Positions 51,623 to 64,000 of a DNA stretch of 64,000 bases are shown here, piece after piece. Origin of the DNA: Octopus vulgaris (Eukaryota); the NCBI GenBank assembly GCA_951406725.2, contig OX597819.1:85250001-85314000 (forward strand). The letters are read 5' to 3'. Position 1 is the first letter of the stretch, and each line of letters starts with the position of its first letter. The notes below the pieces were generated by a model that ran no database searches, was not told where the DNA came from, and saw nothing but the letters and a program-made list of their open reading frames with translations. Both the position numbers and the translations under genes were made by a program.

Positions 51623-51886
51623 TACTGCACTTTTAAAGTAATTTTCACTTAAAAATAATTTTGAAATGTGCTAAAAAAGTTTTGTAATGGTATTCACTTG
51701 AAAATAGTTAAAAAAATTAAAATATTGTCTGTTTAAAGAAAGCTAAAGTATACATACTTACTGTGCAAACAACCTACATTTTTGAAATTACATTCCCTTA
51801 AAAATATTTCTAAATTATTAAAACTAGCAGAAAGACTGCCTTCCGAGAGGTTTTTATGATAGCCCCTCGATAATATTTTCACATTC

Positions 51887-51937
<51 letters not shown>

Positions 51938-51938
<1 letters not shown>

Positions 51939-53398
51939 TGTTTGGACTTGAGAAGTGTGCCAAGGCCACTTTCCAGAAAGGGAAAGTGAAGACCACAAAT
52001 TCAGTCGTGTTAGATGTTGACACAGTCATAAGAGAGCTTGAGCAAGAACAGACATACAAATATTTAGGGATAAATGAAGGCTCTGGTATTCAGCATGCAA
52101 GTATGAAAGAGAAAATCAGGAAGGAATGTTATAGGAGAGTTCGTGCAGTCCTGAAATCTGAACTAAATGCACGTAACAAGGTGTTAGCTATAAATTCCTT
52201 AGCAGTTCCAGTTGTTACTTATAGCTACAATGTGTTGAACTGGAATATGAGTGAAGTAAAGAATATAGATAGAAAAATACGCAAGCTGCTGAGTTGTAAT
52301 AGGATGCACCACCCAAAGGCAGACGTAGATCGCCTTTACCTTCCCAGAGCCCAAGGAGGTCGAGGCCTGATCCAATTTGAACTAGCTTACAAAACAACCA
52401 CAATTGGACTGGCCAAATATCTCGAAATATCGAATGACTGGATGCTAAAGCTCGTGGAAAATCACGAGAGACGAAAGAAGCTTCATTCTATCATCAAGGA
52501 AAGCAAAAAATTTGCTATTGATCTCGTGCAGGATACCCAAACTGAACAACCCGAGGGAAGTACGGCAACTATTGTTGCAAAGAAGGTGAAAATGATGGCA
52601 ATGAAAAAAGCGCACGAGCAATTGGCTGATAGGTGGGAGGAGAAACCTCTGCACGGCAAATATGTGACCCGCAGCAAACAAGCTGATGTTGACCAGAAGC
52701 AAACCCATCAGTGGCTGCGGAGCTCAGGGCTAAAAGCAGAGAGCGAAGGTTTCATCCTGGCTGCTCAAGACCAAAGCCTATTAACCCGGAACTACCAGGC
52801 CAATGTGATGAAAAATGGAGCAGACCCAAAATGCCGATTCTGCAACGACATGATTGAAACAGTGGACCACCTAATCTCTGGATGTAAAGTCTTAGCACCA
52901 GTGGAGTATAAATTAAGACATGACAGAGTTGGCCAATATCTACACTGGCTAATAAGTCGGCATTACAATATCAAAACTGCCGACAAGTGGTATAATCACC
53001 ACCCTGAGGCTGTAACTGAAGGAGAAAATGTAACCATTCTGTGGGACTTTCCAGTACATACAGACCGAACCATCAAGGCCAATAAACCAGATATTGTTGT
53101 GAAAGACAAAAACAATAAAGTTTGCTTATTGATCGACATGAGCATCCCCTGTGATCATAATATCTCAGCGAAAGAGTTTGACAAGCTCAGAAAATATAAA
53201 GACCTACTCATTGAAATTGAGAAAATGTGGCATCTCAAGGCGGTTACAATACCAGTGATCGTAGGAGCACTAGGAATGATCAAGAAGGGAACCGAAAATT
53301 ATATGAGAATGATCCCTGGCTTACCATCCCTGCAAGAAGTGCAAAAGATTGTCTTAACTGGTACATCACACGTATTGAGAAGAGCATTGTCGATGTGA
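51938..53398 (+). CDS. Partial ORF (486 aa): RT thumb, CCHC zinc motif and RLE endonuclease
   Basis: FGLEKCAK, YKYLGI, LYLPRAQGGRGL, CRFC..ETVDHLISGC, RHDRV, KPDIV, LIDMSIP, K..KY. No true start and no YxDD (truncated). Confidence 0.85.
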
Positions 53399-53574
53399 GA
53401 ACTGTTGCTGCTCATGCATTTTAATTTAACTTTAAAAAAAAAAAAAAAAAAATGAACGAACTACTGAGTTTGGTTTAATGGCCTACCAATATACACTATG
53501 AGTTTCTTTGCCCTAGGAGTCGGGAAGACACTCGGCAAGAAATGGAAGAAAATTTGAAAGAAGAAAAAAAAAAG
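51938..53574 (+). mobile_element. 5'-truncated R4-clade (Dong-like) non-LTR retrotransposon with restriction-like endonuclease, inserted in (TAA)n
   Basis: (TAA)n on both sides (51888-51938 and 53575-53594); open ORF 51938-53398; structured 3' UTR. Confidence 0.88.
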
Positions 53575-53590
53575 TAATAATAATAATAAT

Positions 53591-53657
<67 letters not shown>

Positions 53658-53669
53658 TATATAAATATA

Positions 53670-53905
53670 TGGGGCGGCGAGCTGGCAGAATCTTTAGCAT
53701 GCCGGGGGAATGCTTAGCGGAAATTCGTCCGCAGTTACGTTTTGAGTTCAAAATCCGCTGAGGTCGACGTTGCCTTTCATCTTTTCGAGGTCGATTAAAT
53801 AAGTACCAGTTACGCACTGGGGTCAATGTAATCGACTTAATTTATCTGTCCTTGTTTGCCCTCCCCCCTACGTTTAGCCCGCCCCCCGTAGGCAATAAAG
53901 AAATA
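53670..53905 (+). mobile_element. Nin-type SINE
   Basis: GGCGGCGAGCTGGCAGAA...GAGTTCAAAATCCGCTGAGGTCGAC...AATAAAGAAATA. Confidence 0.9.
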
Positions 53906-54055
53906 TATATATATATAATTGTTTTATTTATATTTCCTGAGCGCCATACTAATACATTTGTTTGTTTGTATTCCACCTGCCTTCGTCTTTTGTTTATTTC
54001 CGTAAACCTGCCTTCGTCTTTTGTCTATTTTCATAAAGCTTCCCGTTATATATAT

Positions 54056-54150
<95 letters not shown>

Positions 54151-55610
54151 AGAACTGTGGTAGCGACAAGGCAGACAGTGCGACAAAAATTTTGACACTC
54201 AGTATTAAATGATTAATTAAATTTAACACTTTCTCTGTGTTTTGTGGTGGCTAAATTGAGTTTTCCACGCTGTCATTGCCTGCACATATAGATAGATAAA
54301 AAGCGAAGGAATGCAAAGGACAGTCCAAACGAAATACTAGAAATGCTGTAGGATGTGTGCTAGTGTGAAAGAGACAAGTACATAATTGGTAAGCATAGCA
54401 TATATCAATATTTTAAAATGTCTGAGAGCATGAATTTATCGATGAAATAGTATTTTCATATACTATTGCGAACATTGTTAATCGTTGTCTTGATCATAGT
54501 TAATAAAATCATTTGTGTTTGACATTTGACCTTACGGGCTGAGTGTTTGAATAATCTCTTCAGGTGGTATCGAATCGAGGAATTTGGAAGTAATTTCCCG
54601 ATTTTAAATTGAATTACTGCAACCATAGGAAATTAACTTCGCTGCATTGTATTTCAAAATGATGGCTTGGTTGCTGTTCTCGACGGCATATTTGTTGGTA
54701 GATGAAAGGAGTCTGTCAGTAGGAAATTGTAACACAACAGGAGCGGATGTAAATCGAGTTGATCTTTCCTTTATTTTTAATCTGTGAGACAGTATTGATT
54801 GACTGTGATGGTTATAGCTCACTGACGTGAGGTGTATCAGGTTACATGCACCATATTATACTGCTTACGAGATAAATACGAAATAAGAATTACATTTAGT
54901 ACGTATTTAATCTAGTCTGTTACAGCGGAAATGCATTTGTATGTTATGTCTTCTTGTAGCCAAGAGCAATTTAGCAGTTGAGTCGTTCTGTTACTTTTCC
55001 TCTAATCAAGTTTGATCTTTACGGTTCTATTTGACCCAGACTGGGAGTGGACTATAATTTATAAATCAAATTTGATTGTATTCTGGCGTTCCAGGTTAGT
55101 TGGTTAAATTTTTTTTTGTCGAAAAGATTATCGTTTGATAAAGACGAGCAATCCATCTAAATAGTATATATCTCAACTTGTCGGCTGTCAAAGAATTTTG
55201 AGAACGAGCACTTTTTGAACTTATAAAGAAACATGGTTTTCATGGTTAACAATTTGCATCGAACAATGTTTCTTTTCATCTTTGATGCTGTTATATGATC
55301 CAGTATTTATGTCGTCATATCTTTCTCTGTTTTCTGCCTAATGGCTATCATTCACGAGATAATGGCTTAATGCTGTGGTTAAGCTTGACTTCAAATATAC
55401 TTGCTATTTATATATTTCTCTCATTTATTATGTAATTTTCTTTTTGACATCTATGGTTTCTTTGTTATCCACACATACATATTTACAACTTACATAGACA
55501 GATACACATAAACCTACACCCATGCATGCAGGTATGAATGATGTCTGAATAAATGTATCTAAGTATGTGTACACACGCATACACACATACATACACACAC
55601 ACACTCACAC

Positions 55611-55699
<89 letters not shown>

Positions 55700-55767
55700 A
55701 TATATATATGTGAATACATATATATGTATATATATATATATATTTATATATATATGTGAATACATAC

Positions 55768-55855
<88 letters not shown>

Positions 55856-55922
55856 GTATATATACGTATATATATGTGTATATGTATATATATATATATA
55901 TATATGTGAATATGTATATATA

Positions 55923-57146
55923 CGAGGGAACACCCAAAAGAAACCGGAATTTTGCAATTTTATTTACTTAGTTTTACATGTTTACACTTTTATCGTTATC
56001 AAAGTATTATCCATTTGAAGCAATGCATCGGCCCAGACGCGTTATCCACTGTTCGAAGCTGGAACTCATGCGAAGTGACACCTTTTAACGCCTCCGTCGT
56101 TTTTTGCTTCACCTCTTCCACATCTGCGAAATATTTTCCTTTAAGAACTTTTTTTCATCCGGGGGAATAGAAAACAGTTATAGGGAGCAAAGTCCGGTGA
56201 ATAGGGAGGCTGTATAAACGGGGTGATGCTGTTTTTAGCTATCTCACACTTAAGGCGGTGTCTGCAGGCGCATTGTCATGATGAAACTACCACTCTCCAC
56301 TTTGCCAGAGGTCAGGTGTTTTCGTCTCACTGGTCTCGCAAACATTTCAGAACTTCCAAGTAAAATGTTTCGTTAACAGTTTGACCAGAAGAAACAAATT
56401 CCTTGTGGACAATTCCTTTCACAATGATGAGACAAATCAGAGTCGTCTTGACATTGGACTTCACTTGATGCGCTCTTTTGAGGCAAGGTGACATTGAAAG
56501 CTTCCATTGACTTAATTGCTGCTTCGTTTCTGCGTCGTAGCAGTAGCACCAGCATTCATCACCAATGATGACCTTCGAAAAAAAGGTACGGTTCAACTTC
56601 CATTTATTTCTTCAGTTCACGACACGCATTCAGTCGTGACTGGTTCTGATCCTTCTTGAGCAAGTGAGGTAGGCATTTTGCTGCAACTCTTTTCACTCGC
56701 AATTCCTCACTCAAAATTGGCAAGAGCTCCAGGAAACACCAGTCATATCAACAAGTTCTTCAGTTGTTCGGCGACGGTCTCCAAGATCAGTTCATGAATT
56801 TTCGTGATGTTTTTATTCATGTCGACGGTGGTCTTGAATGAAGTTAGTCTTCAAGAAACAAGTGACCATTCCTAAAGCGTGAAAACCACTAAAAAACGTG
56901 TTTTGATCATGACACCGTCCTTATAAGCTGTTTGAAGCATGACAACTGTTTCGACCGCCGTTTCCACCCCCCCCCCAGCAGAAAACAGAACTTCAAGGAA
57001 GCACGCTGTTCCTTCGTTTCAGCCATCGCAAAATCGACGAACAAGGGAGAAGCACTGCAAAACAATGATGCACCACGTGGCAGTAAAACCCCACCCTACG
57101 ACACCGGTCGGCAAACTGATGTCTGAGGGTTGCATCAAGTCGCTTA
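55923..57146 (-). mobile_element. Mariner relic (irritans-like), one end lost
   Basis: TIR CGAGGGAACACCCAAAAG after TA; minus-strand IIGDECWCYCYDAETKQQLSQWK and GIVHKEFV..GQTVN..FYLEVL. Confidence 0.85.
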
Positions 57147-57179
57147 TGATATATATATATGTATATATATATATATGTA

Positions 57180-57258
<79 letters not shown>

Positions 57259-57263
<5 letters not shown>

Positions 57264-57403
57264 GAAATTTACAGAAAAAAACAAAAGACGAAGACAGGTG
57301 TATAAACAACAGGCAGGTGCATTAGTTTGACGCTCGGGAAAGTGAAAAATTCTTTTACGTTTCAAGCCTATGCTCTTCAGCAGAAAGGAACACGAGGAAA
57401 TAA

Positions 57404-57409
<6 letters not shown>
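57259..57409 (-). mobile_element. Short PLE-terminus-like repeat (family B) with hammerhead-like motif, between (TA)n and (GA)n
   Basis: Minus strand CTTT-CTGCTGA-A-GAGC-ATAG-GCTT-GAAA-CGTA-AAAG (57352-57387), then ...CTGTAAATTTCAAC-(TA)n. Confidence 0.65.
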
Positions 57410-57492
<83 letters not shown>

Positions 57493-58879
57493 GAGGGAGA
57501 GAGAGAGAGAGAAAGAGAGAGAGGGGGAGGGAGAGAGAGAGAGAAAGAGAGAGAGGGGGAGAGAGAGAGAGAGAGAGAGAGAGAATAAAAAACAGAGAGA
57601 GAAAAAAACTTTTGGAGTTAGCTTCAAACATGGCGACTGGTTGGACAAAAGTAGTTAGACAGGAGAGCTATATAGATTCGTTCGTATACGAAACGGCGTC
57701 ATTTTCAGTGCTGGCTGTAAGTTCTATAGAAAATTTATAGAGATAACTTAAAAGTATATGAATAATATATAGTCCGAAATGTTATTCTGCATATTTTGTG
57801 ACACCTCAGATCGATTTTAAATATACAGTGTAGAGGAAGTATCATTGTAGAGGAATATGTCATTGTTAATTGCAGAAGAAGAAAATCAAAGGGCCTAAGA
57901 CATTCAATTCATAATTAACAATATAAATCTTTGTTTCAAAGAAATCCCACTACGAGCGTATATTCTCGGTTTCTGGGAGACGATAGTGTAAGCAAAGCAA
58001 CAAAATGCCTATTATTATAATTACTTGAAAAACATTTGACCAGAAACTGCAATAATAGTACAGAAGTGAGAAGAGCTTGTTAGTGAGTTTATGTAATCAA
58101 CAAACTTCGGACTATAATTTTTCATATGTAGTTAACAGCTTTATCACAACACAAGGTTTTGACAACATGATGTAGAATGTTACAGAATGTATTGCTTCCT
58201 AAAACAGAATATGACCGACCCGTCAACATAATTTTATTTAATTTTAGCTGACTCACAAGTGAAATGTGTTTAACTAAACATATCAATAATCCAGCTCTAG
58301 CAGTTTTCAAAATAAAGTATGCTATATTTTTTCATCGGCTTTTGTAGCACACTGTTCTATAGCGAACTTTTGTCTGTGAATAATATATTTCTCTGATGAA
58401 TTAAACTAATCTCTCCCTGAAGTTTGTTTTTTTAAACTTATTTCGCTTTTGAACTATTCGAACTGTTCGAGAATGCTAAGAGATAGAATTTCTCTCACTA
58501 TGTTTTTGTTTTTGCAATATGAACGTTATACATAGACCGAAAAAAATCTGCTGTGTAATAATCAAATCTGAAAAATTGCTTTTCCCGAATTTTGCATCTA
58601 TAACAATGAAAGATTCGATTCTTGAAAAAAAACAAAAAACTACTAGAGATAAAAACTCAGGTGAGGATGGCTAGCGGAAAGAATTCCACTACTCTCGGAT
58701 GATATGAAATCATTTTTTCTTTCGCCCTTTTTACTTTTTCTTTCTTTTCTTTCTCTCTCAATCTCTCTCTCTCTCTCCACACACACACATTCACACCATT
58801 GAAGTATGACACATTCACATGAAACAGAAAAAGATATTTCTTAAAGGAAAATTCAGTAAAGATTAAACATTCAGAATAG

Positions 58880-58880
<1 letters not shown>

Positions 58881-58940
<60 letters not shown>

Positions 58941-60133
58941 GTTATTCTACCGTTGTCCTCGATAACCAAGGACATCACATGGGAGAAAAAGATGTGACAG
59001 GGTGTGTCCGGCTATGGACAATCAGTCCGATGCATGCTCGAAAGGCTCTGCCGCATGTCGAGCGATGGTGATCTGTTGGGACTGAAGGCAAAGAGTTATC
59101 TCTGAAGATGCGTAGTTCTCGTTTTATTTGTGCCCCTGCAATGTTTTGCTTGTAGGAGGTGAAACCTCTGTTGGTGGAGCTTTACTAGGTAAGGTGGTCT
59201 TGCACTTGCGTTTCGAAAGCGTCGGGCTTTCAGTGTGTACTTGGAGCGCTTTTTCTGTCCGCCTTGTGTGCGCTTGCCTTCAAACAGTTCGCTGTAAAAT
59301 AGTCTCTTAGGGAGTCGTGTATCAAGTATTCGAGCCAGGTGGCTTGCTCACCTCACTTGCGCTCTCCCCAGCAATGTGTAAATACTTGGCAGATTAGCTC
59401 GAGAGAAGACCTCTACTCTTGCCAGGTGATTTTCGATAGCTTTCTCAAGTAGTTCATGTGGAAGCGGTTCAGCTTTTTGATATGGCGTTCGTAAACTACA
59501 ACTCTCGCAGGCGTACAATAGTCTAGGCAGTACAGCAGCTTTGTACCCTTTCACCTTGATGGTCAGCCTAATGGTTTTCTTTTCCCAAACTGATTCATGT
59601 AGCCACTGGAATGCCAAGCTTCTCTTGGAGAGGCGTGTGTTCAATTCAACGTGAATGTTCACAGAACTGGAGAGTAAGTTGTCAAGGTACGTGAACTTAT
59701 CAACGACTTTCAGGTTTTCCGTTTCAACAGTGATTTAACTAGTTCTACGACGGCATGATCACTCGACTAAAAGACAATGGAGATTCTTCCAACATATTCC
59801 CAGTCAGCAACAGACTCAAGCAGGGCTGTGTAGTCGAATCTACGCTGTTCAACATCATGTATAGAGCCATGCTCTCGGATACCTTCTGCAACGACGACTA
59901 ATAACAGATTCTTCAACCTGCAGAGGCTACAGGCCATGACCAAAATCGAAGAGGACTTCCTATTCTCAGACGACTTCGTACTCAATGCCGCCAGAGAGGC
60001 CCAGATGCAGCAGAGCATGAAATGCTTTTCCATTGCTTGCAACAACTTTGGCCTCACACTCAGTACTCAGAACACAGAAGTCATGAATCAATCTTCCCTG
60101 CAGAAGCCCTATGTGGAATCAGCTATCACTGTC
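58881..60133 (-). mobile_element. RTE-clade LINE, 5'-truncated with inverted 5' segment and (TAA)n tail
   Basis: Minus strand 59735 to 58940: LKVVDKFTYL, RLSKRSLAF..VW, YKAAVLPRLLYACES. Plus strand 59740-60131: KQGCVVESTLFNI, FLFSDDFVL, CNNFGLTLS. (TTA)n at 58881-58940; candidate TSD TCAGAATA. Confidence 0.85.
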
Positions 60134-60379
60134 AGAATAACTGCAAGCGCACACACACACACGCACACACATACACACATCGTTTTCTTTTTACTTGTTC
60201 CAGTCATCGGACTGTGGCCATGCTAGGGCACCATCTTACATATAAATTTTTACAGGGAAAAGATTGACAAAGCCATCGAATTTTCGCCTTACTAGCCGCC
60301 ACTCTACTGAAAAAAGTGATTTATCAGTTTAACATGTTAAATTGTTTTGGTATATAACTTAACATGAAAACATACATTA

Positions 60380-60421
<42 letters not shown>

Positions 60422-60564
60422 TTGCTAGGAGCAAGTTCAAATTCCAGCTGTTCTTTCGCTCGAAACGTCATACCCTCCTTCTTCCATTTTCCTGAGCGCC
60501 TAATAATAATAATACTGTAATTGTTCCACGTGTTGTTGTTTTTTCTGTTTTCCCGTTTGGATTA

Positions 60565-60632
<68 letters not shown>

Positions 60633-60667
60633 CATACATACATACATACACACATATATACGTGTCT

Positions 60668-60731
<64 letters not shown>

Positions 60732-60734
60732 ATA

Positions 60735-62089
60735 AGAGGGGATACCCAAAAAGAATCCGGAATTATGCAATATTATTTTCTTCCCATAGTTTTACATGTT
60801 TACACTTTTATCGTCTTCAAAGTTCTGAAGCAATGCATAAGCCTAGACGCGTTTTCCGCTGTTCAAAGCAGTCCTGGAACCCTTTGCAAAGCGATGCCTT
60901 TCAACGCCTCCGTCGGTTTTTTCTCCTCTTCTACAACTGCAAAACGTTTTCCTTTAAGGATTTTTTTCATTTGGGTAACAAAAAACAAAAACAATGCTGC
61001 TAGGAGCAAGTTCAAATTCCAGCTGTTCTTTCGTGACTGCTTTTGATCTTTTAACTATATATATATATATATACTTAATCCAAACAAGAAAGCACAAAAA
61101 AAACACAACAACGCGAGGACGTGGAACAAATATAGTATTATTGGACGCTCAGGAAAGAAGGAAAGAAGTAGGGTTTAACGTTTCGAGCGGAGCTCTTCGT
61201 CGGAAACATATATATATATATATATGTACATATATATATTCTCTCTCAAGGTAGTACCCGAGCCTGGTCGCATTACAATGACTATAACCGAAAGAAAAAA
61301 AAAGAATAAAGACAAAGTATATTCATATATGAATATATGAATATATGCATGTGTCTGAGTGTATGCCTCAATTTTCACATTTTTCTATGTATACATAAGA
61401 GGTTATGCATGTATGAGAAAAATATGTCTACTCATGTTTCTTTGTTTTAGTTACATTTTCGTCTGAAAGTTTTAATGCTTTGCTCGGGTGATTAGAACAA
61501 TCAGTTGAGATTGTTGCTCTCATACAGCAATGCCACAACATAACACATTTTGCTGCAACTCTTTTCATTCGCAATTCCTCGTTCAAAATTCGTTGGCAGG
61601 TGCTCTTTGACACACCAGTCATATCAATAAGTTCTTCAGTTGTTCGGCGACGTTCCTTCAAGATTAGTTAATGAATTTTCGCGATGTTTTCATTCGTTTG
61701 GGAGGGGTGTAAGGTCGACCGTAGCCCTGAACGAGGTTGGTCTTCAAGCAACAAGTGACCATCCCTAAAGCGTAAAAACCACTCATAAACCTGTGCTTTA
61801 CTAATGATAAAAGCATGAGAACTGTCTTGGCCACCGTATTCCCCAGCAGAAAACAGAATTTCACGGAAGCGCACCGTTCCTTCTGTTCAGCCATCGCAAA
61901 CATCGACGAACAAGGGAGAAGCACTGCAAACAAAGATGCACCACGCGGGAGCACGACCCGAAAATAGGACGCCGGTCGGCAGACTGATATCTAAGGGTTG
62001 AATGAAGTGACTTATAGCAGTGGAAGCCTGTACTTTAACGGGATTTTCCCACAAAGAACGTTTCCAGTTACTTTCGGGGGCACCTCCTC

Positions 62090-62090
<1 letters not shown>
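60735..62090 (-). mobile_element. Mariner relic (same family as 55923-57146) carrying an internal copy of flanking DNA
   Basis: TIR-like ends AGAGGGGATACCCAAAAAG and CTTTCGGGGGCACCTCCTCG-TA; VKFCFLLG, VYEWFLRFRDG, PRSG, RVAAK fragments. Confidence 0.8.
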
Positions 62091-62130
<40 letters not shown>

Positions 62131-62958
62131 ATCCAAACAAGAAAGCACAAAAAAAACACAACAACGCGAGGACGTGGAACAAATATAGTATTATTGGACG
62201 CTCAGGAAAGAAGGAAAGAAGTAGGGTTTAACGTTTCGAGCGGAGCTCTTCGTCGGAAACATATATATATATGTACATATATATATTCTCTCTCAAGGTA
62301 GTACCCGAGCCTGGTCGCATTACAATGACTATAACCGAAAGAAAAAACAGAATAAAGGCAAAGTATATTCATATATGAATATATGAATATATGCATGTGT
62401 CTGAGTGTATGCCTCAATTTTCACATTTTTCTATGTATACATAAGAGTTATGTATGTATGAGAAAAATATGTCTACTCATGTTTCTTTGTTTTAGTTACA
62501 TTTTCGTCTGAAAGTATTAATGCTTTGCTCGGGTGATTAGAACAATCAGTTGAGACATTAGAAGTTGATATGCTCTGTGCTAGAGACGTAGAAACAGACG
62601 AATATCATTAAAAAATTAATTTCAAAAGTGTGTTAAAAAGCAAATGAGATTGTTGCTCTCATACAGCAATGCCACAACGTAACTTCAATTATAAGGAAGA
62701 CATCATTATTGCAATAAATTATTTAATTAGGTTAATTATAAAATAATTCTTTGCTATCGGCATTCCCATGCTAGACTATTCAGAATCAATGACATATGAA
62801 AATTAGTGTTGTAGTTTAATTTTGATGTATATCTCTGGATATTATTCCATTCCTCAAACCAAATCGAATGAATAGGAAATATATCTACATTAACATTAAC
62901 AATATTTTCTCTATGAACAACTTGGTTGTTTTACTTGTAAAATTATAGCAGCCAAATA

Positions 62959-63871
62959 TGCGGTGATATCAAAAAGTTCCTGGACTAGTGTGTGCTGCCA
63001 ATAGATGGCAGCACACGGTTGCATGCGCAGTGAGAGCTAGCAGTGACTTTCACGAGGTAGTGTACCTGAGTGACATCACTGTGTTTACTTTGCAAGTTGT
63101 GAAACTTGTGTTTTTGTGATCACGTGTAAGCTATAGTCTACGCTTTTGTCATGGACAAGAATAAAGAGCCAACGGGAAATTTTACTTTAAACATGGGAAG
63201 TCTACCACAGAGACATAGAGCATGCTTCTGCAAACTTACGACGACGACGCAATGGGTCGTTCCACAATGTTTCGAGTGGCATGGGCCCTTCAAAAGCGGA
63301 GGAACGTCCATGGAAGACTATGAGCGAACTGGGAGACCTACTACGAGCGTAACCCCCGGAAATGTGGTATTTTGCATCGAGAATTCGTCCCCCAGGGCCA
63401 GACCGTCAATTGAGTGTTTTACTGCGAAGTTTTGAAGCGCTTGAGGAGGACATTCGTTGAAAGCGATCGGATCTGTGGCGCGCGAAGAATTGGATTCTTC
63501 ATTGAGCTCTTCTCAATCGTGAGTTTTTTGCCAAAAGCAACATGGTATCACTTCCGCAGCCGCTCTATTCGGTAGTTTTAGCCCCTGCGGATTTCCATCT
63601 CTTCCCCTATGTAAAGGGAAGAGATGGAATGTCAACGGTCGCCGTTTCACACCTATTGTCGAGATCCAGAGCGAATCGCAGAAGGTCCCCGACTCGCTTA
63701 CGGAAAACGACTTCCAGGCCAGATTTCAAAAGCGACAAGAACGCTGGGATCGGTGTGCTGCTGCGCAAAGCGACTATTTCGAAGGAGATGGTGTTAAAAT
63801 TTAGGTAAATAAGATATTTTTTATGAAAAATACCTTGTCCGGAAAACTGGAAAACTTTTGATACCCCCTCG
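62959..63871 (+). mobile_element. Internally deleted mariner relic
   Basis: TIRs TGCGGTGATATCAAAAAGTT / AACTTTTGATACCCCCTCG with TA flanks; CFEWHGPFKSG..ERTGRP and PLYSVVLAPADFHLF fragments. Confidence 0.85.
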
Positions 63872-64000
63872 TATCTCTCAAATCACACCCTACTGTCTTT
63901 AAAAAGTAACAAACATTGGATAATGCAGTCTTGCGTATGCACCCACTAAAAGAAAGAACTGATAATCAAGGTTGAAATATATTTGATCAAAAGTATGCTT

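Noticed and set aside
54525-54580. CTGAAGA motif on the minus strand
   Set aside because: No proper GAAA strand or stem I; probably chance.

Overview
This is AT-rich, microsatellite-saturated eukaryotic DNA, most likely intergenic or intronic sequence from an octopus (inferred from the SINE families and the density of (TA)n/(CA)n/(TATC)n tracts). No intact host gene is recognisable; nearly all ORFs in the track are microsatellite artefacts. The window is a patchwork of mobile elements. At 5.4-13.9 kb is a cluster of three Penelope-like elements (PLEs), including an intact 711-aa RT + GIY-YIG ORF of Naiad type between 310-bp pseudo-LTRs that carry hammerhead ribozymes. There are also further PLE remnants, a 5'-truncated R4/Dong-type element in (TAA)n, RTE fragments (one with a twin-priming-like inversion), a deleted Ty3/gypsy element, six Tc1/mariner relics, a hAT-like element and many tRNA-derived SINEs. 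Highlights: (1) many hammerhead and hammerhead-like motifs, including short non-coding modules anchored on (TA)n with variant catalytic cores and a ~550-bp retrozyme-like A-B-A unit; (2) an in-frame TGA at a conserved Cys of a Naiad-like PLE; (3) a possible decayed Cid1/TUTase-like gene; (4) repeated short local templated duplications. All calls were made by eye; no searches were run.
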